Source: Heterodontus francisci (taxonomy: Eukaryota). From it: a stretch of DNA of 64,000 nucleotides. Below, one piece after another: positions 1 to 11,959 of this stretch. Every line of letters begins with the position of its first letter. The stretch's first letter is position 1. The notes beneath the pieces were generated by a model, which worked only from the letters and a program-made list of their open reading frames with translations, had not been told where the DNA came from and did not search any database. A program made the translations under genes and the position numbers. The DNA lies in NCBI RefSeq assembly GCF_036365525.1, contig NC_090399.1, forward strand, positions 13,143,558 through 13,207,557, read 5' to 3'.

Positions 1-590
1 CTGAAAGGGCTTTGATAAAGTGCCACATAGTAGGCTTCCCAAGGAACAGAAGGGACAATGACAGCGACAGCATTCATACAAAGTTGGCTTCAGTATCAGG
101 AAACAGAAGTGGTGAATGGTTGTTTTTCAGACAGAAAGAGTTTCCCAGAAGTCAGGAATGGACCACTGCTTTTCTTGATATATATTAATGACTTAGACAT
201 AGGCTCAATTTCAAATTTTCAGAACTTGATAAGTCTTGTGAACTGTGAGGAGGATAGTGATAGACTTCAAGAGGACATAGATAGGCTGGTGAAACGGGCA
301 GACATGTGGCAGATGAAACTTAATGAAGAGAAGTGCAAAGTGATACATTTTGGCAGGCAGAATGAAGAGAGGTGATATAAACTAAAAGATATAATTCTAA
401 AGGAAGGTCTGAAACAGGGAGACCTGGGGGTATTTGTGCATAAATTCTGAAGGTGGCAGGGCAGGTTGAGAAGGTGTTAAAAACGTATACAGGTTTCTGG
501 GTATTCTAAGTTGAGGCATAAAGTACAAAAGCAAGGAAGTTATGATGAACTTTTGTAAACCACTAGTTTGCCTTCGGCTGGAATATTGGA
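1..590 (+). mobile_element. Degraded CR1-type LINE ORF2 (RT) fragment
   Basis: ORF 58..375 contains GPLLFLIYINDL, RLQEDIDRL..W and KCKVIHFG, typical of CR1 RT; broken frame. Confidence 0.85.
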
Positions 591-782
591 CTGGATTTTA
601 TTATCCCGCCTCCAAGAGTGGTGGCGGGTGCACAGAATGGCGGCAGTAGCAACTGTAAGGTTGGAACTGTGCTGCGGCGATTACGCAGTGCGCAGCTATT
701 TGGCATAATGACGCGGCCGTCCCAACAAATCACGCGGTGGGGGCAGCAATGGCGATGCCGTTAATGGTGTCTCCTGATGTTA

Positions 783-2500
783 GATTGCAGAATTCCCTCC
801 TCCAACACTATCCAGCTGCTGAATTCCCTCCTTCCCTCCTCCTACAGTATCCACTTGCAGAATTCCCACCTTCTCTCCTCCAACACTATCCACTTGCAGA
901 ATTCCCTCATTTCCTTCTCCTACAGTATCCACTTGCAGAATTCCCTCCCTTCTTCCAACACTATCCACTTGCAGAGTTCCCTCCTTCCCTCCCAGTTTCC
1001 ACTTGCAGAATTCGCTCCATCCATCTTCCAACAGTAACGACTTGCAGAATTTCATCCTTCCCTCCAACAGTATCCGCTTGCAGAATTCCTCCCTTTCCTC
1101 AAAGGGTATTCACTTGCAGAATTCCATCCTTTCCTCAAATGGTATTCACTTGCAGAATTCCATCCTTCCCTCTAACAGTAGCCACTCACAGAATTCCCAC
1201 CTTCCCTCCAAAAGTATTCACGTGCAGAATTCCCTCCTTTCCTCGAACGGTATTCACTTGCAGAATTCCATCCTTCCCTCCAACAGCATCCACTTGCAGA
1301 ATTCCCTCTTTCCTCAAACAGTATTCACTTGCAGAATTCCACCCTACCCCCAACACTATCCACTTGCAGAATTCCCTCCTTCCCCCAACAGTATCCACTT
1401 GCAGAATTCCTCCCTTTCCTCGAAGGGTATTCATTTGCAGAATTTCATCCTTCCCTCCAAAAGTATCCACTTGCAGAATTCCCTCCTTTCCTCGAACGGT
1501 ATTCACTTGCAGAATTCCATCCTTCCCTCCAACAGCATCCACTTGCAGAATTCCCTCTTTCCTCAAACAGTATCCACTTGCAGAATTCCTCCCTTTCCTC
1601 GAAGGGTATTCATTTGCAGAATTTCATCCTTCCCTCCAAAAGTATCCACTTGCAGAATTCCCTCCTTTCCTCGAACGGTATTCACTTGCAGAATTCCATC
1701 CTTCCCTCCAACAGCATCCACTTGCAGAATTCCCTCTTTCCTCAAACAGTATCCACTTGCAGAATTCCTCCCTTTCCTCGAAGGGTATTCATTTGCAGAA
1801 TTTCATCCTTCCCTCCAAAAGTATCCACTTGCAGAATTCCCTCCTTTCCTCGAACGGTATTCAGTTGCAGAATTCCATCCTTCCCTCCAACAGCATCCAC
1901 TTGCAGAATTCCCTCTTTCCTCAAACAGTATTCACTTGCAGAATTCCACCCTACCCCCAACACTATCCACTTGCAGAATTCCCTCCTTCCCCCAACAGTA
2001 TCCACTTGCAGAATTCCTCCCTTTCCTCGAAGGGTATTCATTTGCAGAATTTCATCCTTCCCTCCAAAAGTATCCACTTGCAGAATTCCCTCCTTCCCTC
2101 CAACACTATCCACTTTCAGAATTCCTTCCTTCCCTCCTCCTACAGTATCCACCTGCAGAATTCCCTCTTTCCCTCAAACATTAACCACTTGCAGAAATCC
2201 GTCCCTCTTCAACAGTATCCACTTGCAGAATTCCCTCCTTCCCTCCAACACTATCTACTTGCAGAATTCCCTCCTCTAACACTAACCACTTGCAGAATTC
2301 TGTCCCTCTCTTCAATAGTATCCACTTGCAGAATTCCCTCCTTCCCTCCAACAGTATCCACTTGCAGAATTCCCTCCTTCCCTCCAACACTATCTACTTG
2401 CAGAATTCCCTCCTCCAACACTAATCGCTTGCAGAATTCCATCCCTCTCTTCAATAGTATCCACTTGCAGAATTCCCCTCTTCCCCCCAACAGCATCCAC
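783..2500. repeat. ~36-bp minisatellite (CAGTATCCACTTGCAGAATTCCCTCCTTCCCTCCAA-like) with a 179-bp higher-order repeat
   Basis: TTGCAGAATT recurs about every 36 bp; diagnostic CGAAGGGTATTCATTTGCAG at 1421, 1600, 1779 and 2028. Confidence 0.95.
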
Positions 2501-2739
2501 TAGCCGATTTGCCTCTTTCCCTCACAGCTGCAGATTTAGCTGAACGACAACAAATCCACAACCATTGACAGTGGATAACTTACTTAACCTTTGCAGGCGC
2601 CAATGGCTCTCACCTCGGTGGCACCAGATTTTCATAGATGGGAAAGTGAAGGCACAGGAGTGTTGCACATCTTGCATAAGATTGTGGACGCCTGGTCGGA
2701 TTGCGGCAAATTAGATACAACTTCAGGCAAAACAGTATG

Positions 2740-3220
2740 TAACAGAAAAGATTTACAAGAATGGTTCAGGGATAAAGGACTTCAGTCGCATGAATAGATT
2801 CCAGAAACTGCAATTGTTCTCCTTGAAGAGAAGTGTGAGAGGGGATTTGATAGAGGTGTTTAAAATCACGAGGAGTCTAGACAGAGTAGTTAAGGAGAAA
2901 CTGTTCCCATTGGCGACAGGGTCGAAAACCAGAGGACAGAGAGTCAAACTGATTGGCAAAAGAACCACGGGCAGCATGAGGAAATCTATTTTAGGCAACC
3001 AGTGGTTACAATCTGGAATGCACAGCCTGAAAGGGTGCCGGAAGCAGATTCAATCATGGCTTTCAAAGTGAATTGGATAAGCATGTAGAGGGGAAAAAAT
3101 GCAGGGCTTTGGGGGAAAGGACAGGGGACTGGGACTCCCTAAATTGCAGTTGCAGAGAGCTGGCATGAGCTCAATGGGCCGAATGGCCTCCTTCTGTGCT
3201 TTAACATTCTATGATTCTGT
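2740..3220 (+). mobile_element. CR1 LINE 3' end fragment
   Basis: LFSLKRSVRGDLIEVFKI motif and 3' tail GGGCCGAATGGCCTCCTTCTGTGCT. Confidence 0.85.
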
Positions 3221-3229
3221 GCTTTACTG

Positions 3230-5460
3230 ATAGCTTCAGTGCTAGCTAACAGGCTCTCATGAAGGACCCTATCAAATGCCTTCTTGAAATCTATATAAAT
3301 AACATCCATAGACATTCCCCTGGCCACAACTTTAGTCACCTCCTCGAAAGATTAATTCAGGTTTGCCAGGTATGATTTACCCCTTTACAAATCCATGCTG
3401 ACTCTCTCTGATCAGCTGACAGTTTTCAAGGTGTTCAGTTTACCTATCCTTAATTATACCGTGGTTCTGACAACACCTTTCTTGAAGTGCAGAGTGACAT
3501 GCACAATTTTCCAATCTAGAGAAACGGTTCCTGAATCGAGAGAACTTTGGAAGATTATTGTTTGGGCATCTACGATGTTCTCACCTATGTCCTTTAACCC
3601 TGGGGATGGAAAGCATCTGGTGCTGGGGATTTGTCACCCTTTAGTGCCATTGTTTTCTTCATTACAGTTATTTTTCTTACATTAATATTGGTTAGTTCCT
3701 CTCCCTGATTGACTATTAGTTTCCTTGGGACGTCTGTCATGCTGACCTCTTTCGGTGCTGTAAATATTGACCTGACGTAATTATTCAACTTGTCTGCTGT
3801 TTCCTCAATTCTATTGATAATATTGTAATCAGATTTTAAGGAGCCTCCTGACCACCCACCCTCTTTTTATCAATGTAATTGTAAAAACAATTGTGTTGAT
3901 TTTGATATGGCTTGCCAGTTCCTTCTCATGCTCCCTTTTTATAGCTCTTACTATCTATTTTGTCACCCTTTGTTCTTTGTATCTTTCCCATTTGCCAGGT
4001 CTGTGCTATTTTTTGCATTTCCGTAGGTCCTTTTAATTTTACGTTATCTCTTACCTCTTCAGTCGTTCATGGCTGTGTTTTTGACAAGGAGAGCTCTTGC
4101 CCCTTAGGGTATAAATGTGTTCTGTATTACACTCTGTTCTTTCTTGAACACCTCCCACAGATCTTCTGTTGTTTCACCCAACAACAGATTTGCCCAGTTT
4201 ACTGTAGCCAGTCTCTGCCTCATGCCACTGATGTCAGCCTTCCCTAAATCTAGAACCTTCGTCGCTGTTTTGTGCTTGTTGGTTTCAATAGAACTCGATC
4301 ACATTATGGTTACTATTAGATAAATGATCACGTTCTATAAAGCTGTTAACTAAATCTGGCTCATGACTCATTACTAAATCGAATATGGCCTGCCTCGGTT
4401 GTTGGTTCTCGGACATATTTTTGCAGAAAACCTTTCAAGAAATTCACTGTCTTTCTGACATGTGCTCGTCTGGTTGTTCCAATCTATATGAAAATTAAAA
4501 TCTTATATTAATACCAATCTGCCTCTGATACATGCTTTCCTAATCTCTGCATTTATGCAATATATCAATTCACAGTTGTAACCCAGGACTCTATACACTA
4601 CTCCCACTACAATCTTAAATCCTTTTCTATTAATTCTACCCATAAAGTTTCCACTCTCTCATTATATCCTCTCCTATCATTGAAGCAATTTCATCCTTAA
4701 TCACTAAGGCTATTCCTCCACTGCAGCATTTTCCCTACCGTTTCTGTAGACTTTATAACCAGGTATATTTAGTTCCCAGTCCTGACCATCTTGCAGCCAT
4801 GGTCAATAATAGCTACCATGCCATATGCACACCTCCGAAGTGAATTTGTCCCTGCAATTTATTCAACTTGTTGCTTATGCTCTGTGTGTTTGTGTAAAGA
4901 ATGCTAACCCGCCCTTCAGCTCCCATGTTATACACACAATCCTTATTTTTCTCTCCTGGTTTAATTTCTTCATATCTTTTAGTTTTCCTTTTGTCTGTTT
5001 TGCTTAAAGCACAAATTCTGGCTGTTACTCTACTATCTTTCCTTTTGTTTGTATTTGAACTGTTGCTACTACCTTTTTCCACCTGAGTACCACTCCCCTC
5101 ACTCTGCCTGCCCTATTTATTAGTCTAAAGTCCTTGTGACTGTTCTGCAAGGACTTTGGCCCCAGCCCAGTTCAGCTGTAGCCCGTCCGAATGGCACAGT
5201 TCATTACTGTCCCAGTATTGGTGCCAGTGTCCCATGAAATGGAACTCCTCTTTCCTTCAGCTGCACATTCACCTCCCTACTTTGCTTGTCCCTGTACCAA
5301 TTTGGACGGGGTCCAGGTAATAACCTTGAGGTCCTGTCCATTAATTTATCGTCTAGTTCCTGGTACCCTCCAAACAAGACCTCTTGCCTACGCCTACCTA
5401 TGTTGTAGTCCCAACATGGACCACTACAACTAGATTCTAATCCTTTCTCCCACACCATTC
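3230..5460 (-). mobile_element. Old degraded CR1-type LINE (APE/RT remnants)
   Basis: DVIYIDFKKAFDRV (3139..3339), DKSPAPDAFHP (3594..3788), and ILYTNTQSISNK resembling the APE N-terminus (4813..5082). Confidence 0.7.
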
Positions 5461-5566
5461 CTCAAGCCACGTGTTCACCTGAAATGTGTTCACCTGAAAT
5501 AAAAACAGAAAATTCTGGAAATGCTCAGCAGGTCGGGCAGCATCTGTGGACAGAGAAACAGTTAAT

Positions 5567-6324
5567 GGTCGGAATTTTACGTTGAGGCGGTGGCCCCACC
5601 CACTGGCTGGCTATAAAGCCGAGAGAGCCCATCTCTGCTGGGCCTGGAAGTCCTGCAGCTATTTTGTGCGGCCCAGATCCGTAATTGGCCTTGGTCGAAA
5701 CTTTTGCCCCTCTGAGGCATGTTGGCCTGCCTCTAGAAATGGCAGCCAGTTAGAGGGTTGGCAGCTCTTCAGTCCCAGTAGCGTCACTGGGAGTGGTGGT
5801 CACTGCTGGGTCTGCATCCAGCGGGAAGAGGACAGTGGACGTTGGCCTTCAGGAGGGTAAGTACGGCTTGGGCCTCGCTGGGGACAATTGGCCGGGCCCC
5901 AGCAATGGGGGTGGGGTGAGAGTCGAAGAGCAGAGCAGGGGGTGTAGTTTTAGCAGGGGCAGGCCCGTGCTGCTCGATCAGGGAGCCTGATCAGGAAGGC
6001 CTCCCCCCCATAGCCTGTAAGGAAGGCCGCCAGGTAGGTGGTCTCTGCAGGTGCTGAAGTACCCGTCTGCCACTAGAAAATTACCAGCCACAGCGGGAGG
6101 AGGTCCTTGCGTAGCAATTAATTGACCACTTGAGGTCTTCATTTGGCTTGGGGCGGATGGGTCTTTTGCTAACTCCCCCGCCGCTGATAAAATAGCAGTG
6201 GGGGGCGGGGGGTGGAGGTAGTGACGGTAACGGCATTCCCCCGCCTCCCACTCGATTTTACGCCTCCCCCCACCTCCAGCCCCGCTCTGGCGGGTAGGGG
6301 GCCAGGGGGCAAAAAATTCCGTGC
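5567..6324. mobile_element. GC-rich non-autonomous DNA element (MITE-like, possibly PIF/Harbinger) inserted in a Penelope-derived repeat
   Basis: Termini GGTCGGAATTTT / AAAATTCCGTGC (10/12 inverted match); host repeat resumes at 6325; possible decayed 3-bp TSD. Confidence 0.5.
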
Positions 6325-8498
6325 AGCGTTTCTGGTCAATGATTTTTCATGTCTGTTAATAGCTTATTAACAAAACTTGAGGTGCACTCTCCTCCCTGTG
6401 ATGTTCTGATTTTATTTCCAATGCCAAATGATTTTGCACATGTAAATGAATGTGGAGAGGTGCTTTTAAAGGGGCTCCTTAATTTCTGGTGTAGAATCTC
6501 CAGAGCAGGCTCTGCACCTGCTAATATCCGCTTTTACAAGAATGTGTGAAAATCATCGTAATTTTTGGGCAATCATCCTTCCCTTCCCCAGAGCCCATTG
6601 AGCTTCACTGCAGCTTATTGTTTATGGCGCAAGTTGCAGTGCTGTTGTGACCCTCTGTAGTGGTGAACATCTCAGTGTTGCACCCGTAAAATCCCAGCCA
6701 GAGTTACCAGGCTGCATTTGCGGGCCGCGCGCGCGGGGCCCATGACGCGGTAGCTCATTACCATGTCCGGGGCGGCCGCCCCATCCCGCCGAGGGCGGGG
6801 AAGGGGCGGGTGGGCCGTCGCCGGCAATGGCGCCCGGCACCAACGCGCAGGTGCAATTTTTAAATGGCTTACAGCTGTAAGTGAGCATTTAAATTTTTAA
6901 AGGGCCACTTACTGTAAAGTTTAAAAAATGGATGGAAAAGTCTTCCCATGCCCTCTCCCAACGAACCCCCCCCCCCCCCCCGCCCCCAAAGCTCAAACAC
7001 TATGTCCTTTACCCTTTCCCATCACTCCCCCCTCCTCCCCCATCAACCAAGCTGGGGAGTTTGACCCCATTCTTCCCCTCCCACACTGAGAAAGGTTCCT
7101 CCTCCCCACTTCCCACAGGAGTCGCGCCTCGTTTCCCCAAAGGCCGCCCAAATGAAGATACAAACCTGCTGGCAGAATTGCTGCGGCCTGCATGGTAAGT
7201 AGCCGTTTACATATTTTAAAGTGGGTCCCGTCGCTGAGCGGCGGGGCGGCCCCCACGAGGCCTCGCCGCCGAGATCGATACGGGGCCTCCTCCGTTGCAA
7301 TCTTCATTGATTCCCAACCCCTCCCCCCCACCATTCCCGGTGTCGGAGAGGTTTTAAAATCCAGCCCGTTAACTCTGCTTCTCTCTCCACAGATGCTGTC
7401 TGACCTGTTTGAGTTTCTGTTTTTATTTTAGGGGTAGGCTCTTGTTAGTTCAGTAAGGTTACAGTAGCAAGAGTTTGTCTTTGACCACCTCGGTAATCTG
7501 CGGGACCAGAAATTGTACGTGTAAAGTCACACTCCGGCTTTTCAAACTCCGAAGAGAATTGGATATGTGTTTGAAAAGGAAAATAAAACAGCAGGGTAAA
7601 GAGCTGGGGGTGGGGTGGGGTATGATTGAATTGCAATCGCTCTGTCAAAGAGCCAGCACAAGCACAATGGGCCGAATTGCCACTTTCTATCCTCTGTGAT
7701 GTATGGTGGCATGACCAACTTTATTGCTAATAGTTAAGAGTTTAAAAATACAAGTTTTCTTTGTCATGATGGGAAAGAAATATAATGCACTGGGTATCTG
7801 CTGAAATTTGTGTTCAGTTTCTGGATTAAGTGTTTACAGGCCTGGATTCACCAGCTCGGTGAATCAGAGCAAGTTTGTTCACACATAAAGTCACCCCCAT
7901 CTTCAAAGCCAAGAGTGACTTATTAAAATTCACCAGCAATAAATCCGTGCAAATTCACACACTTCAGATTAAAGAGTTTGATGGCATTTCTAGGTATGTT
8001 ATAATGCAGGACTACATCTTTTGTTAGAAATAGGATGATTTTGCTGTTTTTAGGGAGGCGATAATTATTGCTGATAATGTGAAGTTTATTAGATGAGTTT
8101 GCATTTTCAGCAGGTTGCCTGAGGAAGTAGTTGATTTTTGTTTTAGGCAAGATGTCTCAACCATGTGGCCTTTGGTTTGAAAGTTTCTACAATCTTATTA
8201 AAGAGTAAAAAATAAAATCGAATCTATTTTTAAAAATTAGTAATTTTTCTAATTAATGAGGTTCCACTATAAAGTGAAAATATACCACTGTCGCAAACGC
8301 CAACCTTTTCGGAATGCAGTTAAAAATTACGAGAAATACTTAAGATTAGGGCAGTGACCGGGAAAAAATACTTAAATAAAAACGGAAAAAGCTGGAAATA
8401 CTGAGCAGGTCAGGCAGCACCTGTGGAGAGGAACAGTGACCTATCTCCTCCCCTTCGCACTTTCTTTTAAAACGTGACTCTTGGATAAATTATTTTCT

Positions 8499-8514
8499 GA
8501 CTCTGAAAAAAGCC
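8499..8514 (-). other. Degenerate histone 3' stem-loop (orphan)
   Basis: Minus strand GGCTTT-TTTC-AGAGTC pairs fully with two G-U wobbles; purine-rich CAAGAG about 16 nt downstream. Confidence 0.4.
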
Positions 8515-8579
8515 GCTGACTTTTTAAAAATTTCACAATTTAATAAATGATTGGGGGGTGATTTGCTTCCCACTGACTC

Positions 8580-9130
8580 TTTACGAACATGTGAATTAGG
8601 AGAAGTTGACCATTCGGCCCATCTCCGCCATTCAATAAGATCATGGCTGATGTTTGTGTCTCGAATTCCACTCTCCCATCTACCCCCCCATACCCCTCGA
8701 TTCCCTTGCCCAACACAAATCCATCTACCCCCGCCTTAAAATTATGCAATGACCCTGCCTCCACCACCTTCTGAGGCAGAGAGTTCTAAAGTCACACAAC
8801 CCTCCGAGAGAAAACATTTCTCCTCTCTGTCCTAAAAGGGTGACCCCTAATTTTAAAACAGTTTCCCCTAGTTTTGGGCTCACCCACAAAAGGAAATATC
8901 CTCTCCACAGCCACCTTGTCAAGATCGTTCAGGATCTAATGTACCTCAATCAATTCTCCCCTCATTCTTCTGTGAGTCTCCACAGTGAAAACAAGCCCAG
9001 TCTGTACAACCTTTCCTCATAAGACAACCTGCTCATTCCAGGTATCAGTCTAGTAAACCTCCTCTGAACTGCCTCCAATGCATTCACATCCTTCCTTAAA
9101 TAAGGAGCACACAGTATTCGAGATGTGGTC
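8580..9130 (-). mobile_element. CR1 LINE 3' fragment
   Basis: MVEAGSLHNFKAGVDGF ORF remnant and CR1-like 3' UTR. Confidence 0.8.
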
Positions 9131-9194
9131 AACAGAACTGGTCATTGACCTGAAATGCTGATTGTTTCTCTCGGCACACAGATCGGCTGAACAT

Positions 9195-11545
9195 TTGGGG
9201 AAGAGACTGTTGCCCACCTTCTTCTGAGATGTGCCTTTGCAAAGCAGGCGTGGAAAGAGATGCAGTGGTTTTTGTCGAGGTTCATCCCGAACAGCTCCGT
9301 AACACGGGAGTCTGTGCTCTACGGGCTGTTCCCAGGGATGTATTACCAAGGTAAACATCAACTGCTGCTGGAGAACCATCAACTCGGTGAAGGACGCACT
9401 TTGGTCTGCCTGAAACCTGCTGGTCGTCCAGAGAAAAGAATTGTCCATGATCGAGTGTTGCAGACTGGCACATTCCGTGGTCCAGGACTACGTGCTGAGG
9501 GACGCGCTAAAGCTTGGGGCAGCTGCTGCAAAGGCTCAGTGGGGACCGGCCACTGTGTAAGGTCCTCCCACCATAGTGAACCGAGGGGCTGGACCCATGG
9601 GAAACCCCTCGGGCTCTATGCACCAAAAACGTTTTTTACTATTTAGAATTAGAATTAGAATATTACAGCGCAGTACAGGCCCTTCGGCCCTCGATGTTGC
9701 GCCGATCATCTGACCTACACTATTCCATTTACATCCATATGTCTATCCAATGACCACTTAAATGCCCTTAAAGTTGGCGAGTCTACTACTGTTGCAGGCA
9801 GGGCGTTCCACGCCCCTACTACTCTCTGCGTAAAGAAACTACCTCTGACATCTGTCCTATATCTTTCACCCCTCAACTTAAAGCTATGTCCCCTCGTGTT
9901 TGCCATCCTCATCCGAGGAAAAAGACTCTCACTATCCACCCTATCTAACCCTCTGATTATCTTGTATGTCTCTATTAAGTCACCTCTCCTCCTCCTTCTC
10001 TCTAACGAAAACAACCCCAAGTCCCTCAGCCTTTCCTCGTAAGACCTTCCTTCCATACCAGGCAACATCCTAGTAAATCTCCTCTGCACCCTTTCCAAAG
10101 CTTCGACATCCTTCCTATAATGCGGTGACCAGAACTGCACGCAATACTCCAGGTGCGGCCTCACCAGAGTTTTGTACAGCTGCATCATGACCCCGTGGCT
10201 CTGAAACTCGATCCCCCTACTAATAAAGGCTAACACACCATATGCCTTCTTAACAGCCCTATTAACCTGGGTAGCAACTTTCAGGGATTTATGTACCTGG
10301 ATACCAAGATCTCTCTGCTCATCTACACTACCAAGAATCTTCCCATTAGCCCAGTACTCTGCATTGCTGTTACTCCTTCCAAAGTGAATCACCTCACACT
10401 TCTCCGCATTAAACTCCATTTGCCATCTCTCAGCCCAGCTCTGCAGCCTATCTATGTCCCTCTGTACCCTACAACACCCTTCGACACTATCCACAACTCC
10501 ACCGACCTTCGTGTCATCCGCAAATTTACTAACCCACCCTTCTACACCCTCATCCAGGTCGTTTATAAAAATGACAAACAGCAGTGGCCCCAAAACAGAA
10601 CCTTGCGGTACACCACTAGTAACTAAACTCCAGGATGAACATTTGCCATCAACCACCACCCTCTGTCTTCTTTCAGCTAGCCAATTTCTGATCCAAAGCT
10701 CTAAATCACCTTCAACCCCATACTTCCGTATTTTCTGCAATAGCCTACCGTGGGGAACCTTATCAAACGCCTTACTGAAATCCATATACACCACATCCAC
10801 GGCTTTACCCTCATCCACCTGTTTGGTCACCTTCTCGAAAAACTCAATAAGGTTTGTGAGGCACGACCTACCTTTCACAAAACCGTGCTGACTATCGCAA
10901 ATGAACTTATTCTTTTCAAGATGATTATAAATCCTGTCTCTTATAACCTTTTCCAACATTTTACCCACAACCGAAGTAAGGCTCACAGGTCTATAATTAC
11001 CAGGGCTGTCTCTACTCCCCTTCTTGAACAAGGGGACAACATTTGCTATCCTCCAGTCCTCCGGCACTACTCCTGTCGACAATGACGACTTGAAGATCAA
11101 CAACAACGGCTCTGCAATCTCCTCCCTGGCTTCCCAGAGAATCCTAGGATAAATCCCATCTGGCCCAGGGGACTTATCTATTTTCACTCTTTCCAAAATT
11201 GCTAACACCTCCTCCTTGTGAATCTCAATCCCATCTAGCCTAGTAGGCTGTATCTCAGTAATCTCCTCGGCAACATTTTCTTTCTCTACTGTAAATACTG
11301 ACGAAAAATATTCATTTAACGCTTCCCCTATCTCCTCTGATTCCGCACACAACTTCCCACTACTATCCTTGATTGGCCCTGTTCTAACTCTTGGCTATGT
11401 AATGCCAATGTACATTGAATTTAAAATGGAATGGCAAGAATTGCGAGTCGCTTCATGCTTTTCTGTACCGAAGAAATCTGCTCCCTATTGTTCTTTCTGA
11501 AATTTGAAATGTTTTGTAATGTACTTTTGTAATTTTATGAATAAA
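9195..11545 (+). mobile_element. Tx1/L1-clade LINE 3' end, interrupted by a CR1 at ~9643..11393
   Basis: ETVAHLLLRCAFAKQAW (zinc-finger-like C-terminus) ...VQDYVLRDALKLG; AT-rich 3' UTR with AATAAA and an A-tail resumes at 11394..11545. Confidence 0.65.
9643..11393 (-). mobile_element. Young 5'-truncated CR1 LINE with intact RT-to-C-terminus ORF (9715..11352, 545 aa)
   Basis: [30 protein letters not shown] and KFADD motifs; short repeated 3' tail (TAGAAT on + strand). Confidence 0.95.
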
Positions 11546-11959
11546 ACATATTTTTGGAAAAAAATTATTCCAGATTTCCACCATCTGCAATATTGTGCTA
11601 CGAAAAAAAAAATTACTGGTTCTTAATAATTTATCAACAAAAAAGAAACAGATTTCCTTTTTTCAGTCTTTAGATAAAAAGTCTAATCAGTAAAGAGTCA
11701 CATTGAATCTAGATTTTTAAAAATAAAATGTGACTCTTTTCAGAGTTTCAGATCTCCTCCTGAGCCGGAGCTTTACTGCCCTCCTCCGGGCCTTTGGCTA
11801 ATTTCCTGGGCTTTACCCGCTGGCGTTTGCCTTTCCCGGGGCTCCTGGCTGCCTTCCTCCCCTTAGGGCTTCTCGGTTTGTGGCTCCCCTTCGCCCCCTT
11901 CCTGCTGCGGGCGGTGCTGGATTTCCTCATCTTCCTGGGTGCGACTCTCTTCTTGGGCT

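Noticed and set aside
783-2500. CRISPR-like periodic repeat
   Set aside because: No unique spacers, no cas genes, eukaryotic context
737-2503. Long ORFs (588, 393 and 316 aa) in all three + frames
   Set aside because: By-product of a stop-free minisatellite; the same peptides recur in shifting frames
11732-11747. Stem-loop-like GACTCTTTTCAGAGTT just past the H1 pseudogene stop
   Set aside because: It reads on the + strand, opposite to the gene, and is part of a local inverted repeat with 11693..11704
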